A stretch of 63,516 nucleotides of DNA, filler included, from Squatina squatina (taxonomy: Eukaryota): NCBI GenBank assembly GCA_031763465.1. It is 4 parts of 4 records of this genome, joined end to end, with 100 filler letters (N's around TTAATTAATTAA, not from the genome) between each part and the next. Parts side by side here need not be neighbours in the genome. Positions count along the whole stretch, not along the records: positions 35,643 to 50,205 come from JARFOE010000046.1; 3 more parts are not named here. One strand, given 5' to 3'. Positions 38,666-50,205 of the stretch are shown here, one piece after another; positions within the stretch are counted from its first letter, which is position 1; the number at the start of each line of letters is the position of its first letter. The translations under genes were made by a program, and so were the position numbers. The notes beneath the pieces were generated by a model, which did no database searches, had not been told where the DNA came from, and worked only from the letters and a program-made list of their open reading frames with translations.

Positions 38666-40253
38666 NNNNNNNNNNNNNNNNNNNNNNNNNNNNNNNNNNN
38701 NNNNNNNNNNNNNNNNNNNNNNNNNNNNNNNNNNNNNNNNNNNNNNNNNNNNNNNNNNNNNNNNNTTATTCTTCTGCTGAATATCAGCTTCATGTTTTTG
38801 ACTAATTTGAAGCACTGCTTTTCCTCTATGCACCCCTGACAAAAGTGACATTTTGAACAAGTAAACAAAAAGACATTTTAGTAACATACACAATGTACTG
38901 GAAGTAATAACATTTTAGAGCACACACAATACTACTACAAAAAGAGCACAAGATGAAATGTTACTGACTCCTGTCCAACTGATGGAGAATACACACTATT
39001 GTATGCATTACGTGAGTGAATGACAACTCTGCATCACAATGAATCACAGCAACACACTGTGGATGTTCAATTTCTTTCCAAAAAATTGAATCCATTAAAC
39101 ACCTGCCATTCAGGATTGTATGTCGTATCTTTCCCATCAAATCAATCTGTCGCCAGAGTCTGGCGGTAAACCTCATTTTGCTGAAAGCTAAAAGTATTGT
39201 TATTAAGTGACGTAAATGTATGCACATTCCCCAAATATATTGATAGTCTAATTAGCTGCCTTTAGCAGACATTAAAAAAAAGATGCTCATATTCGGCTTT
39301 GAATTTTTCTCAATGTTTATTGACATTTATTGCAACAAACCTGTTCCAGTGGAAGTGTTTTAGGACTGGTGATGAGGTTGGGTTGCTTGTCACTTAGCCT
39401 AGAGATACATCTTGAAGGGTCGAAGAGTCATTCTGCACAACAAAATCTTTTCAGCGATTTAATTTGGTGGTGTGTATATTTCTGTCAAAACAATGTTACN
39501 NNNNNNNNNNNNNNNNNNNNNNNNNNNNNNNNNNNNNNNNNNNNNNNNNNNNNNNNNNNNNNNNNNNNNNNNNNNNNNNNNNNNNNNNNNNNNNNNNNNC
39601 GTCCTCACAAAGTAAGTTCACTTCCTACTGAGAACAAATTCAAATTTAGATCTAACGTTGATTAGATCACTAATTACCTGAAGGTACTCAATGGAATAAT
39701 AGTTTGCATATTTGAACACTGTTTGTTTGCCATTAAGTGGACTTTAATTGGTGCCTAGAAATGAATCCAAAACACTGGGTTGGCTTTATGAATTGGAATG
39801 ATCTCAAATAGCAAGTCGCTACTTTGGACTGACATCACATCTGCCAGTCAAAAGATTTCACACTTCATTTAGGTTCAGATGAAGCAGATCATATATAACA
39901 CTGGAGAGTGCCATATCCTATCCAAGTTGTTGTGCATCAACATTGGCTCACAGCCCTGGTTTATAAAAGAAGTGCTGTAGCATTGTTCACAGAACAGAAA
40001 TCTGTTGGTAGGTATGGAATATCCAGCAATAAAAATGATAGGGAAGTGTACCTCCATTCTTAATGTGAAAAGATGTATTCAGCTCAGAAGAGGTGCCATA
40101 CTGAGATTAGTTCTGAACTATAATTCTCAGGCAGTTTCCATGGTATGGTGGAAAATGAGTAAATCTACTTTCAACATTGGAATAACACCACGAATCCTGT
40201 CTTAAATTACATGCTACATGTCTGTTGGCAATGGAGAGGCATTGAACACCATG

Positions 40254-40930
40254 GGGTGGAATTGGTCTTTTTTAATGTCTCCGGGGGGCATTAACGGGGC
40301 ATTAAACCTGAAATCGGAAGGGTGAGGCATCCATCTTGCCTGCCGTGGAATTCCCCGAGGCTTCCCGGAGGCGCAAAGGCTTTTGTGCTTCCCTCCGCCG
40401 GGGAATTCTGCGAGGAGTCGGCGTGCCACATCATCAAAAGGCTTACTGCCCCACTGTGACTTCTCCTGGCACTCGGAGTGCCGCCGGTGCACCCACAGGT
40501 GGAATTCGTCTGCGGGACACGAGGCCGACATCTGCCCATTGGCAATGACAGCTGCAAGGCCCCTTAAAGGGGAGGGCCGGAGTGTCGGCGGCTGTCATTT
40601 TTTTTTCGTCGGCTGACTTATGGCGGCCGTCGGCCCAAATGGCCCGCCATTTGCTTATCATTCCCGGCTGGTGGGCTGGTCAGCAGCATCCCTGGTGGTC
40701 CAGTGGCGGATTGCAGGGCGCCATCAGGATGGCCAGCGGCCCTCCACTTTAAGGGAGGCTTGGCAATGCTCCTGACGTCAGCGCACCAGCTCCGCCCGGG
40801 AGTGAGGCCGACAGCACTGCGGCTCGCTCCCGTCCCGGAATTCTGCGGCGGGCGGAGCGGGAGCCAGTGGGAGAAATGCTGGCTCCCGCCCCGTAAGCAC
40901 CCCAAAGGGGCACTTATGAATTTCGGTCCC
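40254..40930. mobile_element. GC-rich MITE-like element (Harbinger-type, putative)
   Basis: Imperfect terminal inverted repeats (GGGTGGAATT...TAATGTCTCCGGGGGGCATTAACGGGGC versus reverse complement GGGACCGAAATT..TAAGTGCCCCTTTGGGGTGCTTACGGGGC); sharp GC boundaries; no protein-like ORF. Confidence 0.6.
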
Positions 40931-41359
40931 CAGATGAGGTCAGCATCAGGCTTGGTTGATGTCCCCTTCGTGGTCAATTAAACCTGATGACACCAGTCAT
41001 CAGGGATCATACAAGCGAAATGACCACAGGGAAATTTGAAGGGGAAGTAATTAAAAATGTATTACTGTTTTAATGCAAATAGGAGGGTCCATTTATGCAA
41101 TTCCAAATTACGCCATTTAGAGTTTATCTGGGGATTCTCAAACTTTCCCGGTTGTGATCGATCATGTGACTCGGTCTAGGCCAAGAAAGAAATGCATTTC
41201 ACGAGACACAAAATGCTATGCTGCATATTAATCCTATATTTAGCAGTGGTGGTGGGTGGGCAGGTAACAACTGCTGACCTTATCCGAAAGGGGAGCGGTT
41301 ATTTTATCTGAAGTTTTTTTTAAATGAGCGAAAAGGGTGTGAAAACAGATAATAATACA

Positions 41360-41490
41360 TTAACAGACTATTTTCTCATCTCTAGGACTTGGGTCTAGCT
41401 CCAACTGAGACAGATAGATTTGAAAGTTTCCTTGCTCTCCTGGCTGTAGGGGTTCAATGTGAAACAGGTTTGGGCACTTTCAACCGAAGC
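41360..41490 (+). mobile_element. LF-SINE-like element, 5' part
   Basis: TCATCTCTAGGACTTGGGTCTAG.TCCA...GAAAGTTTCC...GGCTGT...ATGTGAAA...TTTGGGCA parallels the minus-strand copy at 59150-59360. Confidence 0.5.
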
Positions 41491-41509
41491 AAAATTGATT
41501 TTCCACAAG

Positions 41510-41710
41510 AAAGACAGGAGAAAATGCTGGAAGTACGCAGCAGTTCCACCAGCATCTGGGAACAACTGATATTTTTTAAAGCTCAACTGACAGATTCTGC
41601 ACTTAAAATATTAACCTTTCACTACCCAGTTGTATGTGGACCTGAATTGTACTTCCAAATGTTCTGCGTTTGTATTTCAAATTTACAATTATTGGCTGTT
41701 TTTCTTTCTT
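41510..41710. mobile_element. Penelope-derived repeat, degenerate inverted pair
   Basis: AAAATGCTGGAAGTACGCAGCAG...CAGCATCTG arm, followed by an opposite-sense arm ACTTCCAAATGTTCTGCGTTTGTATTTCAAATTT. Confidence 0.45.
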
Positions 41711-41742
41711 TTCAGTCTTTGCTTCTCAACTAGCCCCAACAA

Positions 41743-42122
41743 TCATAGAATGGTTATAGCACAGAAGGAGACCATTCGGACCGTCGAGCCTGTGCCGGTT
41801 CTCTGCAAGAGCACTTCAGCTAGTCCCATTCCCCCGCCCTTTCTCTGTAGCCCTGCAATTTTTTTTCCTTGAGGTACTTATCCAACTCCCCTTTTCAAAG
41901 CCACAATTGAATCTGCCTCCATCACCCTTTCAGACAGTGAATTCCAGATCCTAACCACTTGCTGCGTAAAAAGGTGTTTCCTCATGTCACCTTTGGTTCT
42001 TCTGCCAATCACCTTAAATTTCTGTCCTCTGGTTCTCAACCCTTCTGCCAATGGGAACAGTTTTTCTGTATCTACTCTGTCTAGACCCCTCATGATTTTG
42101 AACACCTCTATCAAATCTCCTC
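41743..42122 (-). mobile_element. CR1 LINE 3' end
   Basis: IEVFKIMRGLDRVDTEKLFPLAEGLRTRGQKFKVIGRRTKGDMRKHLFTQQVVRIWNSL, plus 3' UTR and TCATAGAAT tail. Confidence 0.92.
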
Positions 42123-42390
42123 TCGAGAGAAAGGGAAGAGTAACAGAAACACAAGAAAAGAGAAATAAACAGAAGATGGAGAGAGTAACAGAGACACAGG
42201 GAGAGAATAACAGAGAGACATACTTCTCTTGAACCCTATATAAAAAGTTTCAGATCGTGTCCCTGAAGACCTCAGTAAGATGGATAAATGNNNNNNNNNN
42301 NNNNNNNNNNNNNNNNNNNNNNNNNNNNNNNNNNNNNNNNNNNNNNNNNNNNNNNNNNNNNNNNNNNNNNNNNNNNNNNNNNNNNNNNNN

Positions 42391-42515
42391 ATCCTTTGTT
42401 CCAAATGCATCACTTCACATTTCTCCACCTTAAATTTCCTTTGTCCTGTGTCTGCCCATTTTGCCAGTCTGTCTGCATTCTCTACTATCCTCCTCACTGT
42501 TTATTACATTCCCAC
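42391..42515 (-). mobile_element. CR1 RT fragment
   Basis: DRLAKWADTGQRKFKVEKCEVMHL, matching CR1 WA..WQM.FN..KCEV.HFG. Confidence 0.85.
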
Positions 42516-43071
42516 AAACTCACTCTTAGTGTCCATGACTGAATGCAATACGTTCTCTTCAATTCATTTCAAATAATAGCAACAAATAAATTAAAATCAC
42601 CTCAGCCTCCAATTGAATAAATTAAATCAAACTGTTAAGTTATGTTACACCATCAATTAATTTGTCTTCAGAATCTAATTAAATAATGTTAATGCTGTAC
42701 AATCACTCACTCCTTTTCCAACCTTCATTAAACAGATTCAATTCAATTTAATTCAATTTCCTATTTCCCTTTAACTTTTGTTCATTCTTCTGCATTGAGC
42801 TGTTGCTGGCCTAGGTTAATTGTTTCCATTCTACTTGATCCCATTGCTTAACTCCTACTCAGGTCAGGTTTCAGTGAGTTGATGATCCATTTTTCCCCAT
42901 TGCTTACTTTTCACTTTTTCTGATCTTACATCAATGGGACACTTTACCAAGCTGAATTGTCCAACCAGAGTGCTTGCAATTTATTTATTATTCTCCTGCT
43001 GTCAATTATGCCCCATTTGCAACTTCATTTTCCCACCCCTCACGACCTTCTACTATCATCCCAGTCACAAT

Positions 43072-43465
43072 TTACATGGAATTACATAGAACATACAGCA
43101 CAGAAACAGGCTATTCGGCCCAACGAGACCATGCCGGCATTTATGCTCCACTCGAGCCTCCTCCTGTCTTTCCTCATCTATATCTATCAGCATAACCCTC
43201 TGTTCCCTTCTCCCTCATGTGCTTGTCTAGCCTCCCCTTAAATGCATCTGTACTATTCACTTCAACCACTCCCTGTGGTAGCGAGTTCCACATTCTCACC
43301 GCTCTTTTGGTAAAGAAGTTTCTTCTGAATTCCTTATTGGATTTCTTGATGACTATCTTATTTTGATGGTCTCTAGTTATGCTCTTCCCCACAAGTGGAA
43401 ACCTTCTCTCTATATCCACTCTATCAAAACCTTTCATAATTTTAAAGATCTCTGTTAGGTCACTC
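43072..43465 (-). mobile_element. CR1 LINE 3' end
   Basis: DLTEIFKIMKGFDRVDIERRFPLVGKSITRDHQ...FRRNFFTKRAVRMWNSLPQGVVEVNSTDAFKGRLDKHM, plus tail. Confidence 0.92.
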
Positions 43466-44944
43466 CCTTGATTGCACCATTGCAATGCTTTTTTATTTCC
43501 GACACCAACCATCTGCGTAAACTTTCTAGGCCAGATTTGCAATTTAATCTAAATGAGGGTCAACTTTGGACAATGTTGTGTTGTGGACCCTTGCCCACGA
43601 GAGACCTGGAATAAGACTGGAAACTCTTATAATTTAGGATCCTCACAGTTATAAGAGAGAGGGGACTTTTGAACTTTTAATCTCGATTAAGCCCAGGTCC
43701 TAGAGATGAAATGAGGACTCTAACCTGCTGTGCCACCAAGTCATCCTTAATATTTGTATATTCAAAACAAAACAAAAAGTTATATTTTATGGTACATAAA
43801 TACCTTGAACCAAAATTTTAAAATAATGATTATTTTTGTCGATAAAACAACATTTGGCAAGAGGCTGTACATCAGTGGCACATAATGAAAAAATAATATA
43901 ATGCAATTGAACATTGCATTAATCACAGGCAAAATCCATTTCCATAAACAAATTTGCTAAAATAAATATGACTCAAAGCACTTAATAAATAAATATTTTT
44001 GGTGAATTTTAAGTAACCTTTACAAACTTAAAAAATAACAGCATACCAACTGGGGCAATACTCAAGCTGAACAATATAATAAACAGAATTTGCATATCAT
44101 AAAATTACCATGTCACAGAACAGGAGGAAATGTCAAGCTCAGTTAGGCTGCAGCTGCCAAAGTTATTTTCTCCACAGGTCATTAAGAAGCAGGAAAAAGT
44201 CTAAGCATTGCAAGAAGCACGGAAAATGAAATGCAATTTATTATATTGTGCAAGCTTTGCTGAGGATAGTCGACAACCTCAGTGACTTTTTGTATTAGGA
44301 AGTTCTGCTCCAGCAGCCTGTGACTCTGCAGCTTTCAGCAGGGTTTAATCTGTCATAGAGGGTACATCACTGCAGGGAGGACATGGTGACATTTTCCACT
44401 TGAGAAAATCAATCCTGTCACTTACTGATAGGTTCCAGCTGAATCTGCTGATAAGAAAACTGCTGGAGGGAAAAAAGCAGCAGAAGCACGCAGAAAGCAA
44501 TGGAAAGTATGTGTCCTTCAAGGGCTCTGGGGGCAGGTTACAATTTTTTGATGCAGAGGTTTAGTTACCAATAGTCACGCTTTACTCGGAATATTTCACA
44601 TTTAAAACATTATTTTGTTCATTAAATAATATAAATTAATTTACTACATATTTTTCTACGCTAAAATTCATAAAACGCAAAATCAAAGGTACAATTAATT
44701 CACAGATTGAAACTGTTATTTTTAATTGAACTTTTAATCGCACAGGTCTCCTTCTTGATAGTATTGACACATTGGCAATATAAACGTGCTCAATAATCAC
44801 ATACTTTCACTCATTTTAATTCATGCCTTTTTCATGTGTGTTATTTTAACATGAACACAGAAGGAAAATTGAATATCGGTGACGAATAGAAATTATACTG
44901 AAATACTTGGAGATAAAGTTCTGTATTTTTAAAGCAATACTTTG

Positions 44945-45105
44945 AGAGAAAAGAAAGACTTGGATTTATATAGCGCCTTTCATGACTACTGGATGTCTCA
45001 AAGTGCTTTCCAGCCAATGAAGTACTGTTTGGAGTGTAGTCACTGTTGTAATGTGGGAAACACAGCAGCCAATTTGCGCACAGCAAGCTTCCACAAACAG
45101 CAATG
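44945..45105 (-). mobile_element. SacSINE1-like Deu-SINE 3' part
   Basis: AAAGAAAGACTTGGATTTATATAGCGCCTTTCA...CAGCCAATTTGCGCACAGCAAGC. Confidence 0.85.
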
Positions 45106-45205
45106 NNNNNNNNNNNNNNNNNNNNNNNNNNNNNNNNNNNNNNNNNNNNNNNNNNNNNNNNNNNNNNNNNNNNNNNNNNNNNNNNNNNNNNNNNNNNNNN
45201 NNNNN

Positions 45206-46020
45206 TAACTGAAGTCCCTCGTTCCTGGAACCATTCTCGTAAATCTTTTCTGCACCCTCTCCAAGGCCTTCACATCCTTCCTAAAGTACGCAGCCCAGAA
45301 TTGGACACAATACTCCAGTTGAGGCCGAACCAGTATTTTTATACAGGTTCATCATAATTTCCGTGCTTTTGTCCTCTATACCTCTCTTCATGAAGCCCAG
45401 GATCCTGTAAGCTTTCTTAACCGCTTTCTCAACCTGCCCTGCCACTTTCAATGATTTGTGCACACATACATCCAGGTACATGCACCCACTTTAGGATTGT
45501 ACCATTTAGTTTATATTTCTTCTTCTCATTCTTTTCTACCAGAATGTATCGCATAACTTTATAATCATATCCTCCTATTCCTTACTCCCTGATGTGCTTA
45601 TGTGCTTTCCCTTAAATGCCTCTATTCTCGTTGCTTCAACTACTCCATATAGTAGCAAGTTTCACATTCTAACTGCTCTCTTGGTAGAGAAGTTTCTCCT
45701 GAATTCCTTATTGGATTTATTAGTGACTGCCTTATATTTATGGCCTCTAGTTTTGGACTCTCCACAGGTGGAAACATCTTCTCTACATTTACCCCATCAA
45801 GCCCCTTCCTAATTTTAAAAATCTTTATTGGGTCGCACCTCAGTCTTCTCTTATCTTTTGTATCACTGCCTGTTCAGCCTTCCCTGATCGTTCTCAGTTC
45901 TGGTATCAGACCTGTAAAGGTTTTTTTGCACCTTCTCCAGTGCCTCTTTTTCCTTTTTGTAATATGGAGACCATATGGAGACCACTGTGTACAGTGCTCG
46001 AAGTGTGTTCCTATTTTCTC
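45206..46020 (-). mobile_element. Two stacked CR1 ORF2 fragments
   Basis: VHKSLKVAGQVEKAVKKAYRILGF...[15 protein letters not shown] at 45206-45545; a second, more degenerate C-terminal piece at 45550-46020. Confidence 0.85.
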
Positions 46021-46364
46021 AGTTCCTCTAACTGAATTCCTGATATCATCAGTTACTCCCACTATTGTTTATATCACTACTTATTAACACTCATTCGCAC
46101 TCATGAAATCATTTCACTGGTTGTCTGACACAGCCTGTTTCAATTTCGCAAGTCTGGGATATTTCTGCAACTGCTCTCTCTTTGGAGACATTCCACTGCT
46201 GGCAGTTTGGGATGTTAGTGTGGAAANNNNNNNNNNAATGAGCTTTTTAGTTGTTTAATAGAGGACATCGTATTATGCTATTTTGAGACTCAGTTGTAAT
46301 GAGATTTCGAAGGATTCACAATTAATCTACTCCTGCGTCCTGACTGAGGTATAGTTCCGCAGGA

Positions 46365-46867
46365 ACTTTTCACAAGTGCCATTTTTCATTTCTAAGGCTT
46401 GATTGGGTTCTGGCAGACTCCTCTTTTGAGTTTACCCGTGATTAAAACAAATAAACTTTCAACTAAGACTTAACTAACCCCGACACTCAAATTAAATCTC
46501 TATTATCCCCAGTGTTGATGCACTCCAGTCTCCCCGGTGCCCACCGGTCGCGGAAAGCCTCAAGCACATCGGCGGACACCGCGTGCTCCATCTCCAGGGA
46601 CACCCGGGCGTGAACATAGCCGTGGAAGAGAGGCAGGCAGTCAGGGAGAACGATCCCCTCGGTCGCCCGTTGCCTGGAGCTATTGATGGCCAACTTGGCC
46701 AGGCCCAGGAGCAGACTCACGAGGAGGGCCTCCGATTGGCCCGCTCCCCCCAAAGGGGTGCCCAAAGATCAGGAGCGTGGGACTGAAGTACAGCCAGAAC
46801 TTGAGGAGCAGCCCCTTCAAATAATGGAAGAGGGGCTGCAACCTCGGACATTCCACATACACATGGA
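46365..46867 (-). mobile_element. Tx1-clade (L1-like) non-LTR retrotransposon, ORF2 C-terminus and 3' UTR
   Basis: HVYVECPRLQPLFHYLKGLLLKFWLYFSPTLLIFGHP / LLVSLLLGLAKLAINSSRQRA...LPLFHGYVHARVSLEMEHA...AFRDRWAP...LI* (second half of the CCHC knuckle plus a Tx1-type tail); one frameshift; stop at 46487. Confidence 0.8.
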
Positions 46868-46967
46868 NNNNNNNNNNNNNNNNNNNNNNNNNNNNNNNNN
46901 NNNNNNNNNNNNNNNNNNNNNNNNNNNNNNNNNNNNNNNNNNNNNNNNNNNNNNNNNNNNNNNNNNN

Positions 46968-47097
46968 AAGGATGTACGGCATGGAAACAGGCCATTCGGC
47001 CCAACCAGTCCATGCAGGCGTATATGCCCCACTCGAGCCTCCTCCCGTCTTTCCTCATCTAAATCTACCAGCATAACCCTCCATTCCCTTCTCTCTC
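46968..47097 (-). mobile_element. CR1 3' UTR/tail
   Basis: GGAAACAGGCCATTCGGCCCAACCAGTCCATGC...CTCGAGCCTCCTCCCGTCTTTCCTCATCTA, same subfamily as 43072. Confidence 0.85.
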
Positions 47098-47916
47098 CCT
47101 TTTAACCACACACCTGCCCCGTTCCCGTCATGCGGGCAGAGTTAAAATCAGGGCTAAAGTTTTCATGGTGTACCAGCCTCGATAAGGAACAGGGAAACTG
47201 TGTGTGCGAGAGAGAATGGAATCTGCAGTGACAGGCTTCATTATGGACTGGCAGCAGTCCAACCTTTTGGTACTGAAGAGATTGTTACACCTGGGTATAA
47301 CAAAAAAAAAAGATTTTCCGACAGTCTAGACAGAAAGATTCGTTCATAGTCAGCTTTAGAAAGCAACTAAGGCTTTTCTTTCTCAATTGAACAGTGAGTG
47401 TGGCACATCCACTGCATACAAAAAGGTTCTTCATTTATCAGATTTAATGCCTGTGAGCTATGCAGGCTGCCTATTGCTGTATTACTGCAGAAATCTATAG
47501 GTGCACACTATAACATTTAGCTATTACATTGTGCCCGAACCCCCAGGCCAAGCAGGATTTCTAATTTCCAATAAAAATCGGCAACATCAGCAAGAACTTT
47601 ATTTTATTGTTTTAATTTTGTAGATGGTTCAATTCTCTATTATAGGGACATCAAATTTCTGCTGCGTCAGACTTGAATCAATATAAAAATCAATAACAAA
47701 AATGTTTTGCGTAATTAATCTTTTTGTTATGCACCTTATTAGTACTGTACCCGGTGTATTGTGCAGTTCAGTATCTCATNNNNNNNNNNNNNNNNNNNNN
47801 NNNNNNNNNNNNNNNNNNNNNNNNNNNNNNNNNNNNNNNNNNNNNNNNNNNNNNNNNNNNNNNNNNNNNNNNNNNNNNNAAATGGCCTACTCCTGCTCCT
47901 ACTTCTTATGGTCTTA

Positions 47917-48286
47917 TGGTCTAAATCTCCCCAGTTCCACCTTAGATGCTCCCTGTATGCAAGCACAAAGCGAGCATACAATACACGCCAGGTCCAGATC
48001 CTAGTGGAAGTGAGGCGTAGCCACTTTTCAATTGTTGGTTTCCCTGAGGCAAATCTAAATTCTTGGCCTACCAGCCCTTCCTCATTTTTCTTTCGGCCAT
48101 TCAGCCAGCTCTGGTACGCTGTGGTGAAGAGCTGCAGCAGGAAGACCTCACCTTCCTCCGTAGGGAAGGAGGTTCCAGTTGCGCTGGAATTGTATGAGTG
48201 TTTGCCCAAAATATTGAAATTAGCCTGAACCCAGGATTTCAGAAAGGTTCTGGGACTTGGGCAATGCGTGGGTGAAAGTTCTACCC
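47917..48286. mobile_element. Degenerate MITE-like element (putative)
   Basis: Ends GGTCTAAATCT... and ...GAAAGTTCTACCCC resemble other GGGNNNAANTT-type termini; follows a CR1 (TTATGGTC)n tail. Confidence 0.35.
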
Positions 48287-49900
48287 CACCCCAGATCCAT
48301 GTCCCAACCCAAGGTCACTCCAGCATTTTCTGGTCCATGATTCTATATAAACCAAGATTAGCAGGAGACAAAGCTTAGTCCTAACTTAATCATTATAAAA
48401 ATATGAACATGTTTAAATGTTACAAATTTTGGAAAACTCTAAGGAACAGTTTTCAAAATATTTCTGATACATTTTCAATCACTAATGCGTATATTTCACA
48501 AGTTCAGTGACAAATGCCTAATCAAGGAGGATATTCACATCTTGAAAAGAACCCTCTCCAGCCAAATTCATTGTTTATTCTCCCACAGAAACCATTTAAA
48601 GAAATCCTCATAGCAAATCATAACGATCAGACAAGATGAATTACGTCAATTTTTCAGTGGCTTAAAGCTGTCAGAAGTGTAAATGGAAAATGGAAATTCA
48701 CAGAAGAAAATTCCAGGTTGTGATGTTCTCCATCTGGAGTGAAGTCTGCCCCCACAATTTTATTTTAATATTAGTTACACCATCCTGACATTTTCAGTAA
48801 ATCTGATGACAGTCTCCACTGTTTCTAGGACTTGTGTCTCTTGATATGTAACAGCAAAATTGGCAGTGCAGAGCATTCAAATTCCTGCTGCTGCTGCTGC
48901 TCAGTCTCTTGACCTGATATGTAACAATCTGACGACAACACTGCTGTTACCTGAACATCACACTTTGCTAATATTCAGATTTTCATGCCATGACTTTTAT
49001 ATCGTGAAATGTTCAGACTGTCATTTTCTATTCCACATTTTCATTGTCAGAAACAGCCCAGATTCAAAAGTTTTATTTCGCTCTGCGTGTATTTTCAATC
49101 AATAAGNNNNNNNNNNNNNNNNNNNNNNNNNNNNNNNNNNNNNNNNNNNNNNNNNNNNNNNNNNNNNNNNNNNNNNNNNNNNNNNNNNNNNNNNNNNNNN
49201 NNNNNNCCTTTTTTATGTCTCTGCCTTCCAAAAAAAAAATCAGTTAACTGTTTCTATGCAAACCCTTTGATCTGCTCATCTCTTTGGGAAATGAGATGTG
49301 TCTATGCAGAGCTGCAGAGCGAGCTTCCCACTGCAAAATCTAATGTAATGTGCATTGAAACCATCGACTGCCACTGATCTGAGACGCAGCTTCGTGGAAC
49401 AGACACGCTTCGGTCCTAGCAAACTAGTTTGCAGTTTAGTTACTATAGCGACCGCATTATTAACATCATTTGAACTTCGTTAATAGCACTGGAAATCATA
49501 AGGCGGCGGTGGTAGGTGTTTGGGATCTCAGTGGGATCCGGGAGACCGCGCCTGCTATGTGGCATATATTGCGATGGAACCGCTGTTCTTAACGAATGAC
49601 GGTAAGTGCATTGTGTTGGATTAATAATAAAAGTGGATTTTTTTGTTGTTGATATTTGCCAGTGGTTGCAGTGACAGGTTTAGGCAGCAGTACAGTATTA
49701 CGCCGTTTCCGGTTCCGAGCGGTGTTTCCCCATGCAAACATCCAAATGCCATGGACACTTACGCAAGGTCTCTCGCTCAGCCGTGCAACTCGAGGCGATT
49801 TGCAGTCCACTTTGTCACAACTCTGCCTCCCAACTCAGCGACGCTACACCNNNNNNNNNNCACCCCTCAGTGCGGCCGAGCGCGGGCGTGCATTTCAACG

Positions 49901-50205
49901 ATGAGGCTTGGTGCTGTTCATTTTGCCATGCTCGTCGTCGGGGTGTCGTTTGCATGCTATCCCCCCAGCTTGAATTCTTGGCAGGACCAAGCCTACCGTT
50001 CAGCGGTGGTGATCGAAGGCAAGGTGCAATCAGACCCCAGCAATGCCACCGAGCCCTACAGAGTTAACGTCAAAGTGCTGGACGTGTGGCCAGTCAATAG
50101 CGGGGGACTCGAGAGGGATCAGCTCATCACCATCGGGGATTTTGGATCAGAAACACCATGCATCCAAGTAAAGAAGAATCAGAAATACATCTTTTTCATG
50201 GACCC
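49901..50205 (+). CDS. Neuregulin-2-like, first coding exon (partial; N-terminal kringle-like/NtA-like region)
   Basis: MRLGAVHFAMLVVGVSFACYPPSLNSWQDQAYRSAVVIEGKVQ...VKVLDVWPVNSGGLERDQLITIGDFGSETPCIQVKKNQKYIFFMDP aligns with the NRG2 N-terminus (GVSLACYSPSLKSVQDQAY..VV.EGKV..VKVLD.WP..SGGL.REQ...YIFF); cut by a linker; NRG2 versus paralog not resolved. Confidence 0.9.

Noticed and set aside
40214-40981. Six overlapping ORFs of 70-119 aa
   Set aside because: By-product of high GC in a MITE-like element; no protein-like signature
47739-48228. 155/156-aa ORFs on both strands
   Set aside because: They span a gap, a CR1 tail and a probable MITE; no homology or splice signals
49643-49900. N-terminal extension of the neuregulin ORF
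   Set aside because: Crosses a 10-N gap and starts at a non-ATG codon; homology begins at ATG 49901
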